A stretch of DNA of 64,000 bases from Antedon mediterranea (Eukaryota; Animalia; Echinodermata), in NCBI RefSeq assembly GCF_964355755.1, contig NC_092670.1, positions 15,114,795 to 15,178,794 of the forward strand. The letters are read 5' to 3'. This document shows, piece by piece, positions 1 through 12,900 of this stretch. The position numbers and the translations under genes are program-made. The notes beneath the pieces are model-generated. The model saw only the letters and a program-made list of their open reading frames with translations, ran no database searches and was not told the origin of the DNA. Each line of letters opens with the position of its first letter. Position 1 is the first letter of the stretch.

Positions 1-535
1 TTCTTAAAAAGAGAGACATCTTCATGTAGCTCATTCCAAACCTTGGCACCTCTATATGATAAGCTACGTTTTTTGTAGTTTGTGTTTGGTTTTGGTACTA
101 TTAAATTTGGCTTAGTTCCAATATTATAGTAATTGTTTTTGATATTGAACTTATTTGATAAATATGGAGGTGCAAGGTTGTTCATAATCTTAAACATAAC
201 AATAGCTTCATTTATATATAATCTTTTATCTAAGTTCATCCAATTTACACTTTGTAGAGCTTGAGTACTTGAGTCGGTTTGAGATTTGTTTGTAATAACT
301 TTTGCTGCGCGATTTTGAAGAACTTGTAGTGTTTTACTTTGAGTTATATTTGAACGTTCCCAAACAACATGGCAATACTCAAGATGAGGAGCCATAAGTG
401 ATTTGTATAGTTTGCATTGAATTTCTTTTGGTTAGTCTTTTTTAAGTAGTACAAGCTCTGCAAAACCTTAGATTTTACATTATCGATTTGTGAGCACCAA
501 GAAAGATTATTATCTAATATCACACCAAGGTGTGA
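1..535 (-). mobile_element. CR1/L2-group LINE ORF2 C-terminal fragment (frameshifted)
   Basis: HLGVILDNNLSW...YKSLMAPHLEYCHVVW...QVLQNRAAKVI...SYRGAKVWNEL. Confidence 0.85.
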
Positions 536-666
536 TATGTCTTACATATTCAAACTTTATGAGACCAAAAAGTGTGATGTACCCAAATATGGTAGCGATA
601 TGCTTAAATATGGTAGTGATATGACATTATCATGCCCATATATGGGCACATCACATTTTTTGTTAC

Positions 667-971
667 CTTTGCTGTTACACCATCTGGTTCAACGACTGGT
701 ACAAAGTTACTATTCCCACTTCTCTGTAATTCAATTGTCAAATCAGCTGATTCATCGGCAAAACCGCTTGTTTCAATATTAATTTCTGCCATCGTGACTG
801 GTACACTAAATTCAAAACGGACGGAGACAGAGGTGACATCTTGACCAGTACTCCATGGTCTTAAGGAACCTTGTCTGGAGGCACCTATGGCATCTTCTTG
901 TTGATTAACAAACCTGGCTCTTTCATATCTATCCAAATTGCCAAATTCTTCCATATTGATGCCACAAATTG
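667..971 (-). CDS. exon 78: divergent F5/8C 6, first part (gene continues past the window start)
   Basis: ICGINM...RPWSTGQDVTSVSVRFEFSVPVTMAEINI; same phase 1/0 as the other first-half discoidin exons. Confidence 0.82.
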
Positions 972-3900
972 CTGTTAAAAAATGCTCATGTTATTTAATC
1001 TAAGTGCAATCTTTAGTATTCATATTTTCATATTGTAATGTTTATTTTAATACAAACAGTTTCATCTTAATGCTATTATTCTTATTGTAATATTTTTTTA
1101 TATACCGTAATAAATAAGTAAACAAATAAAATAAAACATAATTTCACTAGATGTCATTTTAAACACATACCACTAACATCCGGGCCAGTCCATTCTCTCA
1201 AATTTGTAAATTACGATGCAAGAAATAGGATATTAGATTGTGTTCAGCACTTTATTTTATTACTATTTATATTTACAATTTTTAGGCCCTGGCCCCTCCA
1301 TACAGCTTTTTCAAATTATTGGATCTGCCACTGGGGGATGTATTTAAACACAAGAAAACTGCGAATACTGTGATAACACAAAAATTCAAATTTATAGTGC
1401 CACTAATGACATTTTTTAACCATTTATTTTACCTGTGTTTGTTGTCAATCGAGTTGTGGTTGCTTCACTTGTTGTGGTAGGGGCATTGCTTGTCGTTGAA
1501 GGAATAGTAGGTTCTGACATTGTTTGCATGGATGTTGTTGGACGTGTTGTAACAACTACTGTAGTAAAAGTGGTTGTTGTTTCAACTGATTAAAAAAAAA
1601 AAATGGGAATTTATCACTGCCCTGTTTATCACCTACTTTTCAGAATTCCTACTTTCCTTAAATAATCAATGCAATGCATAAACAAGTTAGTTGGCAGAAT
1701 TAAAGTTAAAAACATTCAAATTGGTGTCCCATTCAAAAAAACAATAACTTACTCTCATCACAGCCAAGGAAGTCAATGTGGATTATATTATCCTCTACAG
1801 CATCTTCCACAACAACCAATTTGATAGCTACAACATGTCGAAGCTCTTCAGGAAACTCATATGTAAACATATCAGTACTGTCAATCACAAACAGCTAAAA
1901 AAAATATATATACTATGATTAGAATATTAATAATGATAATAATAATTGTTTTTCATATAGTGCCTAACCAAATTAATTTTCTATGAAACACTACGTCCAG
2001 GTAGAAATTATGTCATTTCATATGCTATGCGAAAGAGATGGGTTTTCAGCAACTGTTTGACGTTGGCATTTTTGATTGATTGTGGAAGAGCATTCCATAA
2101 GGATGGAATTATAACTATATGTTATTACATTTGTAATATTACACTATTTCTTACCTTTAATGTAATGTTCTATATTGTATTATGAAAAGCCCATTTCTCA
2201 ATTTTTCAAATGAATAAGTAAACATTGATAAATCATATCCTGTAACATTTCATTTTCATTTTATCATTTCCAATTCAGGACAATCTGGTAATTTTACTGG
2301 GATATAAAATATGTTGTAATACTGTAGAAGGAGGAACATCTAATTGTCCAGTTTTCTGGAGTTTACAATAAATATGTATCTATTAAGCCCTGTCTACACT
2401 AACTAAGTTTATGTGACCAAAAAAATGTGATAAAAACAATCTGATGTGCCCATATAGACATGATGAAATCATATCACTACAATATTTGGGCACATCACAT
2501 TTTTTTTGTCAAACTATATAGTGTAGACAGAGCTTTATACATGGTTGGGCCATAAACAACTGTGCTCCAAGTGTTATTTCAGAACTAAGTTTTAAATATT
2601 TGATAAACACAAATCAATTTTGTGTTCTCATATGCACATAACTGTGTATTATATTAACACTTTCATGCAAATATCTCACTTCTTTTAGTGTGCTGTGTTA
2701 ATTAGAATATGAGTTGTGAATAGTACAAATTATCTTTGTTAGGTGCACTATTTTCATTAAATGAAAGAAAATCCTCTTTTGTGTGATTTTCGTTTCGTAT
2801 TGTTATTTTTCTTTATATGTTATTCTGAAATAAAGTGATCAATAAATTGTCTTATCTACCTTATCAATTCCGTTTTCCAAATAGTTTACAAATATATCAG
2901 TCTCTGTAGTAACATACTGAAGTCTAAATTGTTGAATAAAATCATCAGAGCTAGACGAGCCGCCACGTGTGACAAGAGATTTAATCTTTACAGGGTCCAC
3001 ATAATTTATTTCCAGATATCCATCAAGGAAATCTTCTTCAGGGTCAGATGATGTCAAAGATGTGTATTGAGCAGCATTTGTATTTGAACCACTCTCTCTT
3101 GATTCCTCCATTTGTATCTCTTCTCCCAGTTTGGACACACAAGGTCCTGGCAAACAAAAAAGATAACAAAAACTATTATTACTCTATAGAACCACAGTCT
3201 TTTGATTTGAAAATAACATGTCCCAATATCACGCACAATTAATTGGTCGTCAGTCGTTGCAAATTGAAATATGTCAAAAGGCATTCATTTTCCGACAATT
3301 GACATTTTATTAGCCCAGGTCAATCGCAGCACCGATCATCGCCTGGACCTAGGTGAGGAGCAAGGAAACATGTCCAAATTTTCCCACACGTGCACAATGA
3401 ATTAACATGACATAGTTTTGTCGGTCATTGCAAATCAGAAGCTTCCTATACTTACTTGGTGTTTCTGTAGGTATTGGAGTAGTTGTGGTATAGGACGTGG
3501 TAGTCTGGGTTGTAGTAGTGGTCGGAGCAGGAGTTGTTGTTGGTGGAGCCGGTGTGGTTGGTCCAGGAGTAGTAGTCTCTGGGAATCTCCGTGTAGTAAA
3601 TGGTGTTGTTGTAATCTCAATAACTGTCAAGAAAGAAAATTATTATTGCAATTATTTTTACTAGATGGCACGCTCGCTTCGCTCGCGTACCATCTAGGTC
3701 GTGCCCACAGATGGTTCTCGAATACACAGTATTTCCAGCGAGAAAAAAATGGAGATTTCAAATGTACGTACTGCCGGACTATAATACATTGTCGTTTACA
3801 GAAACGAATAAATATATACAATGATTTATGTAGTCAGCTAAAATTAGCACCCTGGGAATTACTTCCGAGAGAGAAACAAAATGAGTCAATTTTTTTTATT

Positions 3901-6900
3901 TGGACTCATTTAAACAAACCCAATTTGTGTTTTGTATGTAACATTAAGGGTTGAGGGATGGGGGAAGAAGATAGGTACAAAGAGGAAACATTTTAAAATA
4001 TATTCTTATCCACTCAGTAACGAAATATTGTTTTTAATGTTTTATAGGCCTATAAATAATATACCACTAAATACAGTAAAACATTTACGATTTAATACGG
4101 TACTTTGTTAAAACTCTCACTGTCATAGTCGATTGAAATAGTAAAGTACATGTAACGATACACCACTACGACGTTTATATATTTTTAAATTATTAATTAA
4201 TACAAACGTTGAGAAGCAACTGTCAGTAATAACGTTTATTTATTTGTATATTATATGTTTATAATCTAACAGTAGGGCCTACCCACATTCACAGTAATAA
4301 AGTTTATTTGTATATATTTTTATATTACATCTAACAGTACCAACACTCACAGTAAGAAATTTGCGATTCAAATTGCGATCAAAAGTGGTTAATACCTTAA
4401 CAGTATTGTACAGCATTGCAATACTATTTATGTTTATTCTCCAAGGGGGCCCATAAATCTAAATCTATACCTCTATGGTTAAACCAAATAATTTGGAATG
4501 TTTATTTGTATATTATATGTTTATAATCTAACAGTAGGGCCTACCCACACTCACAGTAATAAAGTTTATTTGTATATATTTTTATATTACATCTAACAGT
4601 ACCAACACTCACAGTAAGAAATTTGCGATTCAAATTGCGATCAAAAGTGGTTAATACCTTAACAGTATTGTACAGCATTGCAATACTATTTATGTTTATT
4701 CTCCAAGGGGGCCCATAAATCTAAATCTATACCTGTATGGTTAAACCAAATAATTTGGAATGTTCCATTCATCACAAATCAATACATTTGTAAAAACGTA
4801 TATTAAATGTATCAAAATAGTATTTTTTAAAGAAAATCGGCCTGTCTTCAACATTATGATGGTGTACTCTAGCTGTTCAACCGGTTTTCAGCTATTAAAA
4901 ACAATTATCGTAGGAGGAGATAGGAAAATGCGAAGCCTCCTCGCATTTTTGTGGCGGGTATTTTTCAAGATGGACATCCATTATACAGTGTATACCACGG
5001 TCGGAAAACACCCCTATTTGGGGCAAATCTTGGAACCTAAATTCGTTTTAACCGTCAATAACTTATTATCTAACTTAATTTAATTAGTAAACAGGGTTAC
5101 ATCAGGCGGTTAAAATCAGTACCGAAAGTACGAACCAACTTTACATACCATCGAGTAAAAATTATAGAAGTAAGGCGCGATTTACCGAATTTTGCCCTTA
5201 CGTAAATTTATATATAGATTCATGAACAAAAATAAAAAAACACAGATACGTCTATGAAAAGCAGTAACAAATTGTATTAAAATAGATTAAGAAACAACAC
5301 AGCTGATAACTATTGTTTTTTCTGCTTTAAATGAAGTTGATATAATTAAAGCTCTGCTTACACTATCAAACTACTGTAGTTGGTGAGTCCAAATATGGTA
5401 GTGATATGCCAAAATGGTAGTGATATGACATCATCATGTCTATACCTGGGCACATCACTTGTAGACAAAACTATAAAAATATAATAAATAAGCAAAAATA
5501 CTGACCTGTGGTCGCTTCTGGTGTTATTGTTGTAATTGTAGTAACATATGGTTCACAACTGCAACAACCATCAATCTCCACACCATGTTGTCCCTTAAAA
5601 ATCATATAAACATTAATAAATTAAAAGCTCTGTCTACGCTACCAAACTTTATGTGACAATAAAATGTGATGTGCCCATATATGGACATAATGTCATATCA
5701 CTACCATATTTGGGTATATCACCACCATAATTGGGCACATCACACTTTTTTTGTCAAACTAGTTCGATAAGTATAGACAGAGCTTGTAACCACATACCAA
5801 AATTGTGTTCATTTGATGGAAGTGTCAAAATTTTACCCAATTTTCTCACAGTATTACCAAACTATATATATCAAACAATTACATGTTAATGCATGTCTCT
5901 GTTGAGGTACAGTAGTTAAACATTAATAATGTTAATGTAAATGTTTGTGTATAATCTTATATTACAGCCTAACTGGGCTGAATTGAGCACAGGTGTGAAC
6001 ATGTTCACAACAATATTCTTGTTGTACTGCTGCCATTAAATGGCGCTTATTTATTTGTCACCAACAACAACAGAGGCTGAGAAAGGTGCACTGGATTCTT
6101 TAAAGTGCACATAAGCCACTGTGTTTTTGAGATCATTTCTTAAAATTGGTGCAATAAAAATATTTGATATTTACCGTTGGGCACTCTAAGTTTTGAGGTT
6201 GACATGCTCCACAGTCAATACCTAATCTGTCCAGTCTTGGAATATAGGTACACCTACAACTCATACAGTCACCAACATCATATGTTTCCTCATCATTCTG
6301 TGATAAAAAAAAAAGAGATTGGTGTTAATTTTTTGCTACCAGTATATATAATGGCCGTGTTTGCGCAGCAGAAAATTAACCAATAATTATCCGATTTCAA
6401 TGAGATAATTATCGGTTAATTTTTCTTGAGCGGAATCTGTTAAACTCAGTTTCCACAGGAAGTCTTATCGGTTAATATTGGTTAATTTTTTACTACGGAA
6501 ACTAAAGAGACCATGTCATTTTGTTGACTCTTTAACTTGCTAATACAATTGTTTATTACAGTGACTGACTTATAAACTTTTACTTCAGTAACTGCAGGTA
6601 AATAATTTTGAAATGATCTCAAGTGAGTAATTATCTGCATATACTGAAGCATATATACAAAAAACATACATAATATCTTATCTTATCTTACTTGATGGCA
6701 GTATATTTTTATATAATGTTTTGTTTTAATTTGGTAGAGGTCAAGTTTTTAATACCCAAATTCACACATACAACCAAATGTAATAAATTGTATACATGAA
6801 TATCTCCAGAGAGATGCTTGTCACAGTGTAATGTAAATGCTGTGAACAAAAATCATCAAATGATAAGATATGTGCATATGCACAGATACTACCGACTAAA

Positions 6901-9900
6901 AAACAGACGTACGTGTTTGTACAAAGGTAATAATTTGTTTTAAAATGATTAATATAGTAGTATTTAAACTAATATTGTTTATAATTTCCAAAATTTATGA
7001 CAATAAGGAAATCACTTCATACCTCACAAGTGCATTCTTGAGCAAGGGTTATGCAGAATCCTTGGAAGAAGACGCTAGATCCAGGGCAAACACATGATCC
7101 AGTCATACAGGAATCGCCTACTGCATTTGCAATAGTATCCTCTAGGTTTTCCGTTCCAATTTCATTGCACGATACCGTGTACACGCAATTGGCATCTATG
7201 CTACATGCAGCTAAAAAGTTTCATAACAAATTGTAACATAAACAAAGAGTTGAGGAAATCGAAGTAACAAGTTTATGATTATGAATATACTAGAATATGA
7301 ATTGCGTTAAGAAATGTATATGCTAAAATGATTATGTTAATGAATATGCTAGAATATGAATTGTGTTAAGAAATGTATATGCCGAAGCTAAGCAACGTTG
7401 GGCCCGGTCGCGTTCTGGATTGGAGACCGTCTAGAAATTGCGGCGGGTGCTGTATATACCGGAGAGTGATGGTGTAATGATAATATCGGAATAGCATATG
7501 ATAGGCATGGATTCGAGGTTATCTATACCATACTAATTGCATCATTAGGCAAGCTGCTTTACTCTCATTGCCTTACCAAGGGTCCCAAATGATCAGAAAG
7601 TGCTGGATGGATCACCCTCATTAAATACGGTAAAAAAAAAAAGAAATGTATGCTAAAATGATTATGCTTAAGAAATGAATATGCTAGAATATGATTTGTG
7701 TTAAGAAATTTATATGCTAAAATGATTATGCTTAAGAAATGAATATGCTAGAATATGATTTGTGTTAAGAAATGTATATGCTAAAATGATTATGCTTAAG
7801 AAATGAATATGCTAGAATATGATTTGTGTTAAGAAATTTATATGCTAAAATGATTAGGTCAAGAAATAAATATGCTAAAATATGAATTGTGTTAAAAAAT
7901 GAATGTGTTTAAGAAAATCAATACGCTAAGAAATTAATACGCTAAGTGGATGTGTTAAGAGCTTAACATTTAAAGAGATGTACTGTATACGTTAAGTTTT
8001 GAATATTATGAAATGAATATATTTTTAGTAAGTTAAAAAAAAAAGTTTATGAAATTGAAAGGATGAATAGTATGGTAGGGAGTGTACAGGGTGGCGAAAT
8101 GGAGGGTGTGAGTGTTGGGGAGTGTAGGAGGTGGCGAAATGGAGGGTGTGGGTGGTTGGGAGTGTAGCAGGTGGCGAAATGGAGGGTGTGGGTGGTGGGA
8201 AGTATAGGTGGTGGCGAAATGGAGGGTGTGGGTGGTGTGAAGTGTAGGAGGTGGCGAAATGGAGGGTGTGGGTGGTGGGAAGTATAGGTGGTGGCGAAAT
8301 GGAGGGTGTGGGTTGTGAGAAGTGTAGGAGGTGGCGAAATGGAGGGTGTGGGTGGTGGGGAGTATAGGTGGTGGCGAAATGGAGGGTGTGGGTTGTGGGG
8401 AGTGTAGGATGTGGCGAAATGGAGGGTGTGGGTTGTAGAGAGTGTAGGAGGTGGCGAAATGGATGGTGTGGGTTGTAGGGAGTGTAGGTGGTGGCGAAAT
8501 CGAAGGTATGGGTTGTTGGAAGTGTAGGAGGTGGCGAAATCGAGGGTATGGGTTGTAGGGAGCATAGGTAGTGGCGAAATCAAGGGTGTGGGTTGTAGGG
8601 AGTGTAGGTGGTGGCGAAATCGATAGTGTGGGTTGTAGGGAGTGTAGGATGTGGCAAAATGGAGGGTTTGAGTGGTAGGGAGTATAGGAGGTGGTGAAAT
8701 CGAGGGTGTAGGTGGTGGGAAGTGTAGGAGGTGGCGAAATCGAGGGTGTGGGTGGTGGGGAGTGTAGGGGGTAAAAAAATGGAGGGTTTTTTGGTGGTGG
8801 GGAGTAGGAAAGACAAATTAATTATTCATTTCATTCGTTTATTATTTATTTCGTAATAAAATGTACATATACTGCATTACAGATACAAAGCTTTTAACTA
8901 ATATACATACTTACATAATAAAACAATACAAGAAAAAAAAAATATACAAAAGCCCATGGACCACAGACTGGTAATAGGTGTACATTAGATCTCTCAGAGT
9001 AAAAATTAATATCAATATTGTTGTCTACTTAAGAGTATTGAAAAGGATTTCAATAGCAAATTTAATCAGTCAATTTGTAACAATTCGCATGATGCTCAAC
9101 ATATAAATGGTTGATGACAACATAGGCCTACAGTTTTGAGACTAAAACTTCAAAAGTATTTTTTACCTTTGCCAAGGACTCGGAGGTATATGTTGTCGAT
9201 CGAGTGTGTTTGTTTGTTTGTTTGTTTGTTAGCAGGATTACTCAAAAAGTAATTACAACAACTTTACCAAAATGAAAATACAGATAGATATGTAGTCATT
9301 TGGAGACAGTCTTAAAGTACCAAGTAAACTGAAATTGCATTTTCTCGAGAACTACTTGTCCAAAAAACTTCATCTTTGTACAAGAGGCAAGAGTTATAAT
9401 TTGTGATTTGTAATTTTAAAACACAATTTGATTTAATTAAGGTTTTTTTTATACGAGTAGTTTTAAAAAACCTATTTCTTTTAAAATTCACCTGTTTGTT
9501 TTTGGCGTTGCTGTTCTATTGTTAGTCAACTGATACTATTGTTAGTTGAAAGGCTGGTAACATAACCATTACACCAAATTCGCATACACATGCTTGTAGT
9601 GAAATTAGCCTAAATCACACACAGCATTAAGACACACACAAATATATATATATGTATATATATTTTCTCTGAGAAATCTTATGTAGAATTTTACAGTAGG
9701 CGGTGGTATGCACTCTTGTTTTACACTGTAAATGTATACAGGTAAGTATCTCACTCATGACTACCAACACCACTGTTAGTTTGTGTAATTTAAGTTAAAA
9801 AGATCAGACAATTGGCAAAGATTTGATACATTGAAGAGTTTTGGCAATGTTGACTGTATTGATTCAAAAATAGACTAAATGAACCTACTTTGTGTAGTCA

Positions 9901-12900
9901 CTTGTGTTGTTGTGGTAATTTCTGTTACAGTACAGTCAGTGGCTGGTACTGCACAATAGCTACTAGAATCTATTTTTCCCTCTGGACAATTACATCTACT
10001 ACAGCGAGGTCCAACACTTGATGGACATTGTGACATTATCAGTTCTCCTCTGCAATCGAGTCTGCAATCACAGAAGTCTTCACAACTTTCCACTACAATT
10101 CAAAAACAAGTTAAAAACATTATCAAATGCACATAAGTATATCATTTTATTACAGAATGAAAATTGCATACAAAATATCAATACAACAAAGTGTACTTTA
10201 AACGGTAAGACCTAAAAAGTTAAAAGTTACTAAAAAAAGTTTTAAAAAACCCCAAAAGTAATGTTCAAAAAATTAAGTTGTTTTAAAAGTTAAAAACAGA
10301 GTTAAAGTCCTTTAAACCCAAGAGATTCAAGGAACTCCCCATATGGAAGGGCCCCCACTGTGACACTTGATATATACAATATCTGGACCACAAGTTAAAT
10401 TACAATCAGGCACCCAGTAGAAAACCGTTATAGCGAAAATTCCTACTGTAGTGTATATCTTTATTACGTACACAAAATACAGGAATACCAAATGCAAAAG
10501 CTTGTAGAATCATTATACAATAATCTATTTTTAGTATTATTGCTTTGGACTGTCAAAGCAGGGAGTTGTTATCAACTCCCTGGTCAAAGCTTTAACCTAA
10601 CTAAATGGAATACTTGAAATCATTTCACAGTACAAAGAGCTTACTTGTGGTTGTTGTCATGGTTGAAGTTGTTGGTTGAGTTGTTGGTAAGCCAGTTGTT
10701 GTTGGTGTTGTTGCTGGTGTTGTTGTAAGGGTACAACTGACTGCATAACAACTGACTGATGTTCCTAAACAGAGACACTCTGTACATTCTTCATTGTGTG
10801 AAGGCCATTTTTCCCTATACTGAAAAAGAAAATTGTATACATGAAATGAAACCTAATTATTCTGGGATTATGCTATACTACTATATTAAGTATGCAGTCA
10901 TTGGCATGCACTAAGAGCACATCACTAAAGTATACTGAGTTTTTTTTCTAGTGTAGTTTACTAGGCACTAAAGTCCAAGATGGCACGAGTGCTGCTGACC
11001 AGGTTTCAATTTTTTGGTTAGCAGCGAAGGTGTATTCCCATATTTCGGTTTGGTTTTAGCCCTTTTTCCCTCTTTCAGTTTGTAATTGAATAATACAGTT
11101 TTATATTCAAGCCCGCAGGTAAGGGGGTTTGTAGGGTTTGAAATAGCCCCCTTTTTTCTGAATGCCCTTTCAAACAAGAGACAACAATGGGCTGAACTTT
11201 TTTGACCATCCTACTTAGACAGCACTGCAGGCAATTTTTGTTACATAGGTAGGCCTAAATATCTCTTGCTTACATTTGCAATTTCCCCAATTTGTAGAAA
11301 AAGACCACTCCCCCTCCCCGCCCACCAACATGGCTGCCAAAATCCAGGTTCGAGCTTGCTATATTTACAAAAGAACTACAGTATGTAATATTTACAATAT
11401 ATCCATGACCATTATCAACACAGTTGCAGTTATGCTGAGCTACGCAATGGGTACCATTGTAGAATCTGTCTTCGCCTATGCATTCACAGCATATGGTACT
11501 AGTATCATGGGCCAAGCAAGCAATATTTTGACATGTGTCTTGCCTGCAACTGCCATCATTTAGTGGACATGGCACTGACATCTGTCCATGAGGACAAGCT
11601 ACAAAAATATGAATGTTAAATTAGCACAACCTCAAAGAAATATTACATACAAAATAAACTTGATAGTTATTGGAATAATAATAATAAGATTTTGATAAAA
11701 CAGCGACGATATTATGCTGGCCGCAGTTGCCTTCCATACAATATTTGTGGCGTTTCATATTGTAACTTTTCGCGGCACTGTTTTGCCTGTAGTTAGTTAA
11801 TCAGTCATAAACTTCAGTCGTACCTTTGTAGGTAAGAAATATTAGTTTAAAATGGATAAATCACTATAACTGTTGAAACAGCTTGTTTTAGATATATTTA
11901 GGATACTATGGATATTAATGTTATTGCATTTTGAGAATCTATATAATAGTTTTGATTGTGTATAGTTCGAAGGGTGAACTAGTTATCACACAGTATGCAC
12001 ACATGTGCGCGAGATGCTGTGGTATATAGCCTGGCTTGGTTTGCGGGATGGTTTCTTCTTAGTTGCTATGGCAACAGGGATAGTGTTGAAAAGGCGATTG
12101 GAAGTACCTTTTTGATGGTTATGTTTAGGGTGATCCCTTAATGTTTACATTTGTTGTAATTTGTACTTTTTAATAGTTTTATAGATTTCGTAGATTGTCA
12201 GTTATAGTTTTTTCCTTCATAGGTATTAAAATTTAACAGTATACATTCACAGATGTTTTTCATTGTGCTGCATCCATAGGCTCACAGCTTTGTAAGTTAT
12301 GTCATACTATAAAAGATACTGTATGTAAACAACAAACTATGTAACAATTTAATTAACAATGATATAGCATATATAATCATATTTATATGATAGCAAGGTT
12401 TAAAGTATTTCATATGTACTACTGTATTTGAATATCAATTTGAAGGAATTATACTTTCTGTTATTTTCAGTTACCATACGTACCATACACACATATTCAA
12501 TCATTGAATAAAACGGTTATACTTAACGGAGCATTTCTAAGCTGTTTGATTTGTGTCCGTGAAAGATATATAAAATGAGGTGGTTGGTAGGTCTAAATGA
12601 TACGTGAAATCTAATTTAGTTTAGTTTATCATCCGTGTTAATCATCTCACTTGTGTAATGCCTGACGTTGCTGCGTTGTGTCAAAATGGGTACCAAGCAT
12701 AAAAGCTCCAATATACATAGGTTATTCTACAGCAATGGCTGTTATTACCATCAATAAGAATACTTACATGGCGGAGGATGTGGTGGTCCAGTTGTAGTAA
12801 TAGTTACAGGTGTAGTTATTTCTTCTACAGAATAAAAACAAACAATATATCTAGTGAAGTATAACCTAAATAATGTGAATTTATAACACAGATATCCCTA

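Noticed and set aside
537-782. Short ORFs containing CPYMGTSH / MMSYHYHI
   Set aside because: Recurrent translations of MITE family A, not genes.
7381-7455. Functional 5S rRNA gene (also 28127-28235)
   Set aside because: Truncated or diverged and fused to a SINE body.
8047-8816. Pro/Thr/His-rich ORFs as an extra mucin exon
   Set aside because: The 40-nt period shifts frame each unit, and exons 70 and 71 join in phase without it.
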